Below, piece by piece: positions 40,813 through 51,096 of a stretch of DNA of 64,000 bases. Source of the DNA: Candidatus Micrarchaeia archaeon (lineage in GTDB: Archaea > Micrarchaeota > Micrarchaeia > CABMEP01); NCBI GenBank assembly GCA_038881595.1, contig JAVZPM010000002.1, positions 1-64,000 on the forward strand. Reading direction: 5' to 3'. Under the pieces are notes generated by a model. The model saw only the letters and a program-made list of their open reading frames with translations. It made no database searches and was not told the DNA's origin. The stretch's first letter is position 1. Each line of letters begins with the position of its first letter. Position numbers and translations under genes: made by a program.

Positions 40813-42021
40813 TTAAATCCTTAAGCTTTCAGCAGGCTTCATTTTCGCAGCACGGAGTGCTGGAAGTGATCCGCTTATGCTTCCCACAAGAAATGAAAAT
40901 AACAAGCTACCAATAATAAGCCAAGGTGGAGTGGATGCACCAAATGGATAACCCGTGCTAAGTGTAATTGTTTCAATTCCTTTGCTTATAGCAATTCCAA
41001 CAACAGTTCCAATCACCCCACCAACTAATCCCAATATCCCTGATTCTATCAAAAATATCATCATTATGTCTCTATTTCTTGCACCAACCGCCTTCATTAT
41101 TCCTATTTCTCTTGTTCTCTCTAAAACAGATGTATACATTGTATTCATTATTCCAATTCCACCAACAATAAGTGATATCGCAGCTATTCCGATAACTATA
41201 ATCTGGACTATAGAGATTACTGCACCATAAGTTTCATAGAGCTGCTGTGGTGTCTGGACTGTAAAGTCTTCTTCTCCTTCTTTTAGGTTTCTATCCTTTC
41301 TTAGCGCATCTTTAACTCTTTCTGCAACAAGATCTATCGGATAGTTTTCTTTAACGGTGGCCCAGATAGTTATATATCCAATGTCGCCATATATTTCCCT
41401 CATTGCTGAAAGAGGAATATACACTTGTTTGTCATCTTCTTCACTTCCTACTCTTTCTGCTATCCCAACAATTGTAAATTTCTTTCCTTTTATTGTAATT
41501 TCATCTCCAACTTTTAATTTTTTCTTAAAAATATCACCATTTGCATAAAGCCATCCAACAACTGCTTTATAATTATCATTAGGTTGTAATTCTCTTCCAT
41601 TCTCTGGAGATATGGAACTTATTTCTTTAAGACTTAGTTTAGCAGGATCATAACCGATTACGAAAGCATATTTTATTTCATTCCCACTTTCAATCCCTGC
41701 TAACGTTGCAGAAAATCCAGCAGCCTTTTCAATTCCATTTACTCTCTGTATAATTTTTACATCATGGTCCGTCATTTGAATAGATCCTACAGTGGCTGCA
41801 AGAAGCCCGTAAATTCCACTTCCAGGAAATATATAAATTGCGTTAGGATTTAACATTGAAAATTGTCTGTCAATTGTTTCTTTCAGACCTTGGCCTATTG
41901 ATACGAGCGCAACAAGTGCTGCAATACCAATAAATATACCTATCACAGTAAGCCAGGATCTAGTTGGTTTTTGTTTAAATGTTCTTAATGCCAAATTGAA
42001 ATAATAGATGAATGATACCAT
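40813..42021 (-). CDS. ABC permease, MacB/FtsX type
   Basis: RSWLT.IGIFIGIAA, GIMNTM..SV.ERTREIG. Confidence 0.92.
   Translation of the reverse strand: MVSFIYYFNLALRTFKQKPTRSWLTVIGIFIGIAALVALVSIGQGLKETIDRQFSMLNPNAIYIFPGSGIYGLLAATVGSIQMTDHDVKIIQRVNGIEKAAGFSATLAGIESGNEIKYAFVIGYDPAKLSLKEISSISPENGRELQPNDNYKAVVGWLYANGDIFKKKLKVGDEITIKGKKFTIVGIAERVGSEEDDKQVYIPLSAMREIYGDIGYITIWATVKENYPIDLVAERVKDALRKDRNLKEGEEDFTVQTPQQLYETYGAVISIVQIIVIGIAAISLIVGGIGIMNTMYTSVLERTREIGIMKAVGARNRDIMMIFLIESGILGLVGGVIGTVVGIAISKGIETITLSTGYPFGASTPPWLIIGSLLFSFLVGSISGSLPALRAAKMKPAESLRI
40994..41205. repeat. 212-bp direct repeat, copy 1
   Basis: Identical by eye to 42215-42426. Confidence 0.88.
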
Positions 42022-42030
42022 ATTCTCTCC

Positions 42031-43236
42031 TTACTCATATCTTAGTATTTCAGCAGGCTTCATTTTTGCTGCCTGTAGTGCAGGAAGCAATCCGCTCAGG
42101 CTTCCAACTATGAATGAAAATAAAATCGCACCTACTATGATTATCGGTTCAAACGTTATATATATAGAAATGTTATATGTAATAGCAATTTTCTCTACTA
42201 GATATGCAATAGTTATTCCAACAACAGTTCCAATCACCCCACCAACTAATCCCAATATCCCTGATTCTATCAAAAATATCATCATTATGTCTCTATTTCT
42301 TGCACCAACCGCCTTCATTATTCCTATTTCTCTTGTTCTCTCTAAAACAGATGTATACATTGTATTCATTATTCCAATTCCACCAACAATAAGTGATATC
42401 GCAGCTATTCCGATAACTATAATCTGCACAAGGCCGATTATTCTTAATGCTACTCCTCTCATTTGTTCTGAAGTCATCACAGTAAAAGTTTCTTTTCCTT
42501 TTTCTAAATCCCTCTCCTTTCTCAAGCGTTCTTTTATATTTTCTGCAACCTCTGTGACATTTGCATTTTCTTTTGCTATGGTCAATATAAGCGGATAACC
42601 TTCCTGTTTAAATACATCCATAAATGTATCTTTTGTAATATATATTCTTCTATCAAATCCAGGATTACCTATCTTTGATACCACACCTATAACTGTAAAA
42701 TCTTTTCCATTTATCTTTAACTTATCCCCAACCTTAATCGGTTTTTCAAATACCTCTGTTGTTGAAAAGTCATATCCAACCATCACTTTATATGCATCGT
42801 TGCTTTTTAATTCTCTTCCAGAGGTCATTTGCACTCCCATAAAATCATAGATATTGATTTCGTTTGGATCAAAACCAGCGATTATAAAATAATAGGGCTT
42901 ATCTTTATACTTCGCTTCAGAGATAGTTAGCATTATTCCAACAGCCTTTTCAACTCCATTTACTCTTTGAATTGCAGATATATCTCTATCATTAAGACGG
43001 TCTGATGTTCCTATTGCACCTAAAACACCAAAAGAACTTTTTCCAGCGTAAATTGATATTTTATTAGTTCCAAGAATATCGAATTGTTGATTTATCGCAT
43101 TTTGTAATCCCTGTCCTAATGAAACGAGTGCAACTACCGCAGCTATACCTATAAATATTCCTATAATTGTAAGCCAAGAACGAGTTGGTTTATGTTTGAA
43201 CGTGCGCATTGCAAGGTCAAAATATTGACGCAACAT
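42031..43236 (-). CDS. ABC permease, MacB/FtsX type (paralog)
   Basis: Same motifs as the neighbouring permease. Confidence 0.92.
   Translation of the reverse strand: MLRQYFDLAMRTFKHKPTRSWLTIIGIFIGIAAVVALVSLGQGLQNAINQQFDILGTNKISIYAGKSSFGVLGAIGTSDRLNDRDISAIQRVNGVEKAVGIMLTISEAKYKDKPYYFIIAGFDPNEINIYDFMGVQMTSGRELKSNDAYKVMVGYDFSTTEVFEKPIKVGDKLKINGKDFTVIGVVSKIGNPGFDRRIYITKDTFMDVFKQEGYPLILTIAKENANVTEVAENIKERLRKERDLEKGKETFTVMTSEQMRGVALRIIGLVQIIVIGIAAISLIVGGIGIMNTMYTSVLERTREIGIMKAVGARNRDIMMIFLIESGILGLVGGVIGTVVGITIAYLVEKIAITYNISIYITFEPIIIVGAILFSFIVGSLSGLLPALQAAKMKPAEILRYE
42215..42426. repeat. 212-bp direct repeat, copy 2
   Basis: Identical by eye to 40994-41205. Confidence 0.88.
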
Positions 43237-43295
43237 AATTACATTTATATGGGAAAATATTTAAAACGGTATAAAATAAGAATAGAATTATTTTT

Positions 43296-44219
43296 TTATT
43301 CTTTCAATTCCTGCAAGTATTTTTCAACATCCATAGCAGCCTTGCATCCATCTCCAGCTGCTACGATTGCTTGTTTGTATCTTTTATCAGCAACATCACC
43401 CGCAACAAAAACACCTTTGATGCTAGTCTCACTGTTTTCTTTCTTGATTATATATCCATTCTCATCAATTTCTATCTGTCCTTTAAATAAACTAGTTGCC
43501 GGCGAGTGACCAATTGCAACAAATACTCCGTCTATGTTCATTTCTTTTTCTTCCCCAGTTTTGACATTTTTTATTCTTATTCCTGTTACTTTTTCTTCAC
43601 CAATTATCTCAGTTACTATCGTATCCCATATAAACTTTATTTTTTGGTTTGCAAATGCTCTTTCTTGCATTATTTTGCTTGCCCTTAACTGATCTCTTCT
43701 ATGAATAACAGTAACAGAATTTGCAAATTTTGTTAAGAACATAGCATCTTCTAATGCAGTATCTCCCCCTCCAATTACTGCAACATCTTTTCCTTTAAAG
43801 AAAAATCCATCACATGTTGCACAACCGGACACACCTTTTCCTATCAGCTTTGATTCGCCAGGAACTCCAAGCCATTTTGCAGTCGCACCAGTTGCAATAA
43901 TTACTGCTTTTGATTTTAATTCTTTTGTTTCTGTTCTAATCGTAAATGGTCTATTTCTAAAGTCTACGCTTACAACCTCTTCGTCTATAAATCTAGTTTC
44001 GAATTTCTCAGCCTGTTTTCTCATATTGTCCATTAACTCAGGTCCCATTATTCCATCTGGAAATCCAGGATAGTTTTCTACTAATGTAGTCTGACTTATC
44101 TGTCCTCCAGGTTGCATACCTGATATCACTATAGGTTTAAGTTCCGCTCTTGCTGCGTATATTGCAGCTGTCAATCCAGCAGGTCCAGATCCGATAATTA
44201 TAACATTTTCAATTTCCAT
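43296..44219 (-). CDS. trxB: Thioredoxin reductase
   Basis: GSGPAG, CATCDG, GGGD.A.E, HRRD..RA, FVAGDV. Confidence 0.95.
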   Translation of the reverse strand: MEIENVIIIGSGPAGLTAAIYAARAELKPIVISGMQPGGQISQTTLVENYPGFPDGIMGPELMDNMRKQAEKFETRFIDEEVVSVDFRNRPFTIRTETKELKSKAVIIATGATAKWLGVPGESKLIGKGVSGCATCDGFFFKGKDVAVIGGGDTALEDAMFLTKFANSVTVIHRRDQLRASKIMQERAFANQKIKFIWDTIVTEIIGEEKVTGIRIKNVKTGEEKEMNIDGVFVAIGHSPATSLFKGQIEIDENGYIIKKENSETSIKGVFVAGDVADKRYKQAIVAAGDGCKAAMDVEKYLQELKE

Positions 44220-44324
44220 GTAATCACCTAAATAATATATCTAAATAAATTCATGAACTTTTCTATTGATTATTAATATGTTTAAAATAATTGCTGTTTA
44301 ATATATTTTATTTTAAGTGATTTT

Positions 44325-45008
44325 ATGGTAAAAAGAACAAATTATCTTTTACTTATAAACTTTAAAGCATATGAGTCTTCTATCGGAAAGGCTGCAGTTA
44401 AGCTTGCAAAAAAAATAGAAAGTGCAGCTAAAGAATCAGAAGTTGGAGTAGATATAGGAATCGCGGTTCAGCCTTCTGATATATTTAGATTTTCTGATAT
44501 CGATTTGCCTGTTTTTTCTCAGCATATAGATCCAGTAGAGTATGGGGCCAATACGGGTCACATTCTTCCTGAAGCGATTTTTGAAGCAGGAGCAGTGGGC
44601 TCTTTGATCAATCATTCAGAAAAACCACTTGCATTAGATGTGATTGATAAAACGATAAAAAGAGCAAAAGAAACTGATCTGATTCAGGTGGTATGCGCAA
44701 GCACTCCTAAAATGGCCGCTGCAATCGCTTCTATGGATCCTGATTTTATTGCGATTGAACCTCCAGAACTAATTGGTGGAGAGATTTCAGTTTCAAAAGC
44801 AAATCCAGATATAATTACAGATACTATAAATTCAGTTCATGATGTAAATGAAAAAACCCCAGTTCTTTGTGGTGCTGGAGTTAAAGATTCTGAGGATGTA
44901 AGAATAGCAATTGAGCTTGGTGCAAGAGGGATACTCGTTGCCAGTGGAGTGACAAAAGCGAGTGATCCAAAAAGAGCAACACTTGAATTACTAAAAGGAT
45001 TTAAATAA
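44325..45008 (+). CDS. tpiA: Triosephosphate isomerase, archaeal type
   Basis: INFKAY, QH.D, NHSE, EPPELIG, CGAG, LVASG. Confidence 0.95.
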   Translation: MVKRTNYLLLINFKAYESSIGKAAVKLAKKIESAAKESEVGVDIGIAVQPSDIFRFSDIDLPVFSQHIDPVEYGANTGHILPEAIFEAGAVGSLINHSEKPLALDVIDKTIKRAKETDLIQVVCASTPKMAAAIASMDPDFIAIEPPELIGGEISVSKANPDIITDTINSVHDVNEKTPVLCGAGVKDSEDVRIAIELGARGILVASGVTKASDPKRATLELLKGFK

Positions 45009-45045
45009 ATAATATTTTATTATAAAAGGTATAAAAGGTGGTCAA

Positions 45046-45270
45046 ATGGTTGATTTGAACCCAATCGAGGACAAGATTCTAAAAGCTCTCATAGATTTGG
45101 GAGCAACATCTGAAGAGAAAATGAAGACAGCAGACCATGTTATGAAAAAGACTAACCTGGCCAAAGGAATTGTAGGAAATGGATTGACATCTCTAGTTAA
45201 TAAAGGCCTTGTAAAACGTGTTGCAAGAGAAAAGGCATCAGGATATTACGTATTAAAGCCAAAGATTTGA
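45046..45270 (+). CDS. Small winged-helix protein
   Basis: L...E..IL..L, L..LV.KG.V.R, GYYV. Confidence 0.65.
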   Translation: MVDLNPIEDKILKALIDLGATSEEKMKTADHVMKKTNLAKGIVGNGLTSLVNKGLVKRVAREKASGYYVLKPKI

Positions 45271-45291
45271 GTAATAAAGGATGTGAGATTA

Positions 45292-45740
45292 TGGATGAAG
45301 AAGAAATTTCTTTTTTTGCAAAATACAAAGATTGGGTTGTAATAAAGAAGAAACAGATAGATGATAAAACAGAGGATAAAGAAATACTTGCAATTCTCGC
45401 TTCGATTAATTCCACAACAGCAAGAAAGGCTTATGACTTTGCCCCAATAGATAAGGCTGTAATTGATAAATATGTTGCAGAAATTACAAAAGGCAAAAGA
45501 AAGGGTTTAAACAATCTTGCAGAAATATTTGGTTCATTAAAACAGAATGAATTAAAGGAGAAATTAATTTCAGCATGTAAAGATAAAGATGAAACTTTCT
45601 ATCCATTTGCAGAGACATATTTCATTAATTCAATCCTTAAAGCATTGAATTATTCTCCCTTTATAGATTCGGAAGTAGTCCAAGAAGTTTATCCAGATAT
45701 GAAAATGCCGAAACCTAGGGGTAGAGTGCCTAAAAAATAG
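45292..45740 (+). CDS. DUF2666-like protein
   Basis: F.AKY.DW...KK..ID.KT...EI...LASI; C-terminal YP..K.PKPRGR. Confidence 0.72.
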
Positions 45741-45742
45741 AG

Positions 45743-46066
45743 GTGATAAAAATTAAGTACATTCAAATTTTTGTTTCATGTAAAAACAAAAAAGAAGCAC
45801 TTGAACTAAGTAATTTACTTTTAAAAGAAAAATTAGCAGCCTGCGTACAATTATTACCAATAAAAAGTTTATATCTTTGGAATGGAAAGATTGAAAAGGC
45901 AAATGAATATTTATGTCTAATAAAGACGATTAATACTAAATTTGAAAATTTAGTTTTAAAAATTAAAAAACATCATTCATATAAAATACCAGAAATATTA
46001 GTAATGAATATAAAAGATGGAAATAAAGATTATTTCAAGTGGATTGAAAGAGAACTTAAGAGTTAA
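45743..46066 (+). CDS. cutA: Divalent cation tolerance protein CutA
   Basis: LAACVQ, S.Y.W.GKIE...E, H.Y..PEI, Y..W; start position uncertain. Confidence 0.9.
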   Translation: MIKIKYIQIFVSCKNKKEALELSNLLLKEKLAACVQLLPIKSLYLWNGKIEKANEYLCLIKTINTKFENLVLKIKKHHSYKIPEILVMNIKDGNKDYFKWIERELKS

Positions 46067-46108
46067 TATTTTATTTATTGGTCAATAATTATATATAAGT
46101 GAATACAT

Positions 46109-49100
46109 ATGAAAAATAATTTATCTTTAAATTGTGTTAAACATTTGTCGGCTTCATTAATTAGCATTATTTTTTTCGTTTTAACATTATCAGTAGGTCT
46201 TTTATTTGCAGCGGAATGTGGAGGTACCAATTGTAGCTGTAATGATGAAGTAATTGAAAATTCAGTGCTTACACAAGATCTTTATTGTTATGGAACTGCA
46301 TTAGTAATAGGAAGAGATGGAGTGACTTTAGATTGTAACGGCCATACTGTTTTTTCACAGAGTCCTGTTGATTCAGTTATTGGTGCCGGTAACGTTAGTG
46401 GGATTGCAATAAAAAATTGTATTATTTCTGGTTTAGATGCGCAATATGGAATTAAATTTTTTGGTGTAAGAAATAGTGCTATTGAAAATACTATAATATT
46501 TAATGTTGGAGATGGTATTTCTATATTAAATTATCTTGATGTCAATTCCTCGAATATTCAAATATTAAATAGTGAAATCTATAATGTTGATGACGGAATT
46601 ATTTTACTAGGAAGTTCACATTTTATTAAAAATATAAGAGTTTACAATAATAGCGGTATAGGCATCATTTCTTATGCAAACAATTCAATTATAGAAAATA
46701 TAACTGCATATAATAATAATATAGGTATTACAGCTCAATATTCAACTGTAAGGGATGTTAATTCTACGAAAAATGTAGATGGTTTGAATCTCTATTATAG
46801 TTTAGCTTCAAATATTATAACAACAAATAATACATTTTGTGGTTTGGAAACTGAGGGTTCAATAATTTTATCAATAAATTCTTCTGGGAATAAAGATGGC
46901 TTGTGTCTATATTCAAATAACTCGATTTATAATGGAAAGAGTATTGACAATCATAGATATGGTGTTTATGTTCAAAATGAAAATAATACTTTGGTAAATT
47001 TAGAAACGAAAAACAACTTTTATGGTGTTTATGTAGATCGATACGGTTCTAATTCTAAATTTGTTAATATTACAACGGTATCTAACAGTCAGGAAAATTT
47101 TGTTTCAAAAGCTAATTATACTAACATTTCTTATTTATATTCATATAATAATAGCGGAGGATACGGAATATATTTAGATTCTAGTTACAATGAAATTTCA
47201 AATTCTATATTTTCTAATAATTATATAGGTGTTTATTCATCCGAAAATACAAGAAATAATGTACTAAAAAATATAAGTTCTATTAATAATAATATTGGTG
47301 TAATGTTGGATTCTTCAAATAATAATCTACTTTTAGAAATAAACGCTTCAAATAATTTCGGAACCGGAATTTTAATTCAAAGAAGCAGGTATAATACTCT
47401 TTCTAACAATATAATGAATAATAACATTTATAATTTAATAGTTGATGGTTATGAAGAAACACAAAGTATAGATATTACTAATAGGGTCGATGGAAAAAAA
47501 GTATACTGGTTGAAAAATGTACAAAATCAAATTTATGATTCTAATTCGGATATAGGTATATTTGCTTGCTTTAATTGTACTAATATAACAGTGAAAGATT
47601 CCAATTTAAGTAAAAATGGTTTTGGTATTTTGTTTAAAAATGTAACAAATTCATTGATAAAAAACATAACTTTATCATCTTTTGACTTTACAAACAAAAT
47701 ATATAAGGATTTGATAATATTAAATGAAACTAGAAATGTAATAATAAGGGAATGTAAATTTTACGATTCCGTTGCAGGTTTACAATTAGTAATATATGGA
47801 GGAGAAAATAATCTTATATTCAATAATCTGTTTAATACTTCAGTTTATGATCCCGCAGTATCTGTCGATTCAACTAATTTTTGGAATAGTAGTTATAATT
47901 GTTCAGGTGAAAGAAATATTATTGGTGGAAATTGCATAGGTGGAAACTTTTGGGGCGGAGAATACGGCCATTCAATTTTTTGTCAAGATTCTAATAATGA
48001 TGGAATATGCGATACTCCTTATTACATAAGTTCTCAAAATATCGATTTTCTACCTATTACTTTCGGAGGTACAGTTTCACAGTCGCCTTATATAAATTTA
48101 ATATCTCCGGGGGATGAACAAATTATAAATAGCAATTCTGTTAACTTTACATTTATTGCTACAGATGATGATAGTTCTATTTTGAATTGTTCAATTTATT
48201 TAAATGGTTTACCAGTTTCCTCTAATAATCAGGTATTAAATAATACTCTTACTACAATTCAAGTTTTTAATCTGTCAAACGGTCAATATCAATGGTACAT
48301 TTCCTGTTTTGATAATTTAAATAATTTGGGTAATTCTGAAACAAGATACTTTAATATATCTGTTTTTTCACCAGTTTGCAGTAATTCAATATGTGAATCA
48401 GGAGAAAACTACTTGAATTGTCCTTCTGATTGTCAACCTTATTGTGGTGATTCAATTTGTAGTTATCCGGAAAACTGTAGTAACTGTCAGACAGATTGTG
48501 GAATATGCAATTATACAGACTGTCCTACAGAAAATCCAATAAGATGCGGTACTTCTTGTTGTCCATCAGGAACAACTTCATGTGATGGTAATGCCTGTTG
48601 TGTTGCTAGAGTTGGAGGTTTATGTTGTGGTAATACTCAATATCCTTGTTATGTTAATGGATCTCCATGGTGTTGTAATTGTCCTCCAAATCACTTAAAC
48701 TGTTTTGGTACATGTGTAAATATTTTGACTTCTAATTCGCACTGTGGTACTTGTGGGAGAGTGTGTCCATCAGGAACTACATGTATAAATGGTAATTGTG
48801 TATCACAAATTTTCTGTGGAAATGGAATATGTGAATCAGGGGAATCCTGTAGTTCTTGTCCTCAAGATTGCGGATCCTGCCCATCATCAGAATGCAGAAC
48901 TGGTGAAATTAGATGTGCAGGTAACTGCATAAATCCATTAACAGATCCTTCTAACTGTGGAGGATGCGGTAAAACTTGTTATACAGGACAAATTTGTTCA
49001 AATGGTACCTGTATATGTCCATTTGGATTATCATTATGTAATTCTCAATGTGTAAATACTCTTTATAACCCATCTCACTGTGGAGGATGTGGCATTTCGT

Positions 49101-50959
49101 GTCCATCTGGAATATGTATAGATGGTAAATGTATTGGTTCTTGCTCTGAAGGTTATGTTTTATTAAACGGTTCATGTATCAAACAAGCAGAATGTTCGAT
49201 CTTTACGATACCCTGCGGTCAATCTTGTTGTCCTATAAGTCAAAAATGTAATACAGAAACATTAACTTGTGAATTTAGTCCTTGTAAGAACGGTTTAATC
49301 CAATGTGATCAATATTGTATAAATCCTTTAATAGATCCATTTAATTGCGGATCATGTAATAACAGATGTCCATTAGATAGTTATTGCTCAAACGGTCAAT
49401 GTGTTAAATTAAGTACTTTAATCACATGTGAAGAAGGTAAAATTAATTGTAATGGGTTCTGTACTGATATATCTTCAGATTCTTTCAATTGTGGTGGCTG
49501 TGGAATAACATGTAATATAATATCAGAACAATGTATATCGGGAGTCTGTGTTCCTAAAACAGTTTGTGGATTTGGACAAACTGCTTGTGGACCAAACTGT
49601 TGTGCACCAGGTCAAGCATGCATATTGAATACATGTACACCTACTTTCTGTAATGAAAATCAAATTCAATGTGGCTCGTTATGTATAGACGCATCATCAG
49701 ATCCAAATAATTGTGGAAGGTGTGGATTTAGATGCAACTCTGATCAAAAATGTACAGATGGCAAATGTGTGCCTATAAACTGCGGAAATGGAATATGTGA
49801 TGGAAATGAAGATAATATATTATGTCCTCAAGATTGTAAAGAATGTATTTATCCAGAAGAACATTGCAATGGTAGATGTGTCAATTTACAAACAGATAAA
49901 TCCAATTGCGGTTCATGTAATAATAAATGTGATTTAGATTGGATTTGTATAAATGGAACATGTAAAGGTGTACTTAATTCTAGATGTACATCAGATATAG
50001 ATTGTGAATTTGGAAGCTGTGTAAATGGGACATGTAGATTTATTAATTGCATCACAGATTCTGATTGCAGATCTAATGAATACTGTAATACAAACTTAGG
50101 AGTGTGTGAAGGAGGATGTACCATTTCACCAGATAATTGCAATGAAATAACAGGTGTCCCAAGCAGTTGCGATCCAGCAACAAGAAATTGTATTGCATTC
50201 TCTTGTCCAGCAGGAACAGTCTTACTTAACAATACATGTCTACAGATTACATTAGATTCCTGTAACCAAAGCCAAGAATGCAAGAGCAATATATGTTATA
50301 ATGGAAACTGTTTATCCACAGACAACCCTATTCAACCAACTCAAACAGTTGTCAATGTAGGTAAACCTACTTTCGGAAGCTCAGTAGGAGGAAAGGCATC
50401 TCCTCAGCTTTTATTAGTGCAGGAAAATCCTGCTGCATCTGATATATTTTATTCATTGTTCCAAACCTCAAAGACAAGACTATTGGCTTACGATAGCTGC
50501 CTTAGAGGTTCTATATGCTCATCATCAGCTGACTGCTGCGGAGCTCCATGCCTGGATTCAAGATGCGCATGCTCTAATTCAGCATGCACAACCACAGCTG
50601 ATTGCTGTTCAGGATATTGTGAAAATGGAAAGTGTAGCTCTGCACCTACACAGAAACTATCCTTATTCAGTGCATTAACCAGTCCTAACCTTGGATGTGC
50701 AGGTTTGATAGAGGAATGCTCACCAGATGAAAAGACATGCATCTCATTATGCAACGGAATGTCACTTCTTCTTGTCTTAGTTGCAGGATCATTCGGTGCA
50801 TTCACCTGGACTAGATTTAAGCATCCAGTTGCAGGATTGGTAGCGGCATTCACTCCAATATTGATTGGAGTTGCATTATATCCGTTCCTTGGAATTATTT
50901 CAGGAATAATATTATTCAGCTTGCTGATATACAAAGATACTGGAAGTATTGAAGTATGA
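46109..50959 (+). CDS. Large surface protein: parallel beta-helix (NosD/CASH), Ig-like domain, Cys-rich repeats and C-terminal TM helices
   Basis: Signal peptide; LDCNGH and N-rich PbH1 repeats; GGNFW...D.N.DGICD.PY; seven (N/H)CG.C(G/N) repeats. Confidence 0.8.
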   Translation: MKNNLSLNCVKHLSASLISIIFFVLTLSVGLLFAAECGGTNCSCNDEVIENSVLTQDLYCYGTALVIGRDGVTLDCNGHTVFSQSPVDSVIGAGNVSGIAIKNCIISGLDAQYGIKFFGVRNSAIENTIIFNVGDGISILNYLDVNSSNIQILNSEIYNVDDGIILLGSSHFIKNIRVYNNSGIGIISYANNSIIENITAYNNNIGITAQYSTVRDVNSTKNVDGLNLYYSLASNIITTNNTFCGLETEGSIILSINSSGNKDGLCLYSNNSIYNGKSIDNHRYGVYVQNENNTLVNLETKNNFYGVYVDRYGSNSKFVNITTVSNSQENFVSKANYTNISYLYSYNNSGGYGIYLDSSYNEISNSIFSNNYIGVYSSENTRNNVLKNISSINNNIGVMLDSSNNNLLLEINASNNFGTGILIQRSRYNTLSNNIMNNNIYNLIVDGYEETQSIDITNRVDGKKVYWLKNVQNQIYDSNSDIGIFACFNCTNITVKDSNLSKNGFGILFKNVTNSLIKNITLSSFDFTNKIYKDLIILNETRNVIIRECKFYDSVAGLQLVIYGGENNLIFNNLFNTSVYDPAVSVDSTNFWNSSYNCSGERNIIGGNCIGGNFWGGEYGHSIFCQDSNNDGICDTPYYISSQNIDFLPITFGGTVSQSPYINLISPGDEQIINSNSVNFTFIATDDDSSILNCSIYLNGLPVSSNNQVLNNTLTTIQVFNLSNGQYQWYISCFDNLNNLGNSETRYFNISVFSPVCSNSICESGENYLNCPSDCQPYCGDSICSYPENCSNCQTDCGICNYTDCPTENPIRCGTSCCPSGTTSCDGNACCVARVGGLCCGNTQYPCYVNGSPWCCNCPPNHLNCFGTCVNILTSNSHCGTCGRVCPSGTTCINGNCVSQIFCGNGICESGESCSSCPQDCGSCPSSECRTGEIRCAGNCINPLTDPSNCGGCGKTCYTGQICSNGTCICPFGLSLCNSQCVNTLYNPSHCGGCGISCPSGICIDGKCIGSCSEGYVLLNGSCIKQAECSIFTIPCGQSCCPISQKCNTETLTCEFSPCKNGLIQCDQYCINPLIDPFNCGSCNNRCPLDSYCSNGQCVKLSTLITCEEGKINCNGFCTDISSDSFNCGGCGITCNIISEQCISGVCVPKTVCGFGQTACGPNCCAPGQACILNTCTPTFCNENQIQCGSLCIDASSDPNNCGRCGFRCNSDQKCTDGKCVPINCGNGICDGNEDNILCPQDCKECIYPEEHCNGRCVNLQTDKSNCGSCNNKCDLDWICINGTCKGVLNSRCTSDIDCEFGSCVNGTCRFINCITDSDCRSNEYCNTNLGVCEGGCTISPDNCNEITGVPSSCDPATRNCIAFSCPAGTVLLNNTCLQITLDSCNQSQECKSNICYNGNCLSTDNPIQPTQTVVNVGKPTFGSSVGGKASPQLLLVQENPAASDIFYSLFQTSKTRLLAYDSCLRGSICSSSADCCGAPCLDSRCACSNSACTTTADCCSGYCENGKCSSAPTQKLSLFSALTSPNLGCAGLIEECSPDEKTCISLCNGMSLLLVLVAGSFGAFTWTRFKHPVAGLVAAFTPILIGVALYPFLGIISGIILFSLLIYKDTGSIEV

Positions 50960-51055
50960 TTTTTTATTTTTAATTATCAAATTTTAGGTCACCGTTAAAA
51001 ATGATCTTAACTAAGAAGTTTATCGGTATATATTCTATTTAGATTTTTTAGAATT

Positions 51056-51087
51056 CTATTTTCTCATCATAGGATTTCTACAAAGCT
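51056..51087 (+). repeat. Orphan, diverged copy of the IS right end
   Basis: TATTTTCTCATCATAGGATTTCTACAAAGCT versus TATTTTATCTTCATAGGATTTCTACAAAGCC at the right end of the IS. Confidence 0.8.
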
Positions 51088-51096
51088 CCCTAAAGA

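Noticed and set aside
40994..42426. DGR template/variable repeat pair
   Set aside because: No adenine-specific mismatches, both copies are coding, and there is no reverse transcriptase in the window
48370..50750. CRISPR array or DNA-level tandem repeat
   Set aside because: The repeats are degenerate, protein-level Cys motifs; no repeat-spacer array or cas genes are seen anywhere in the window
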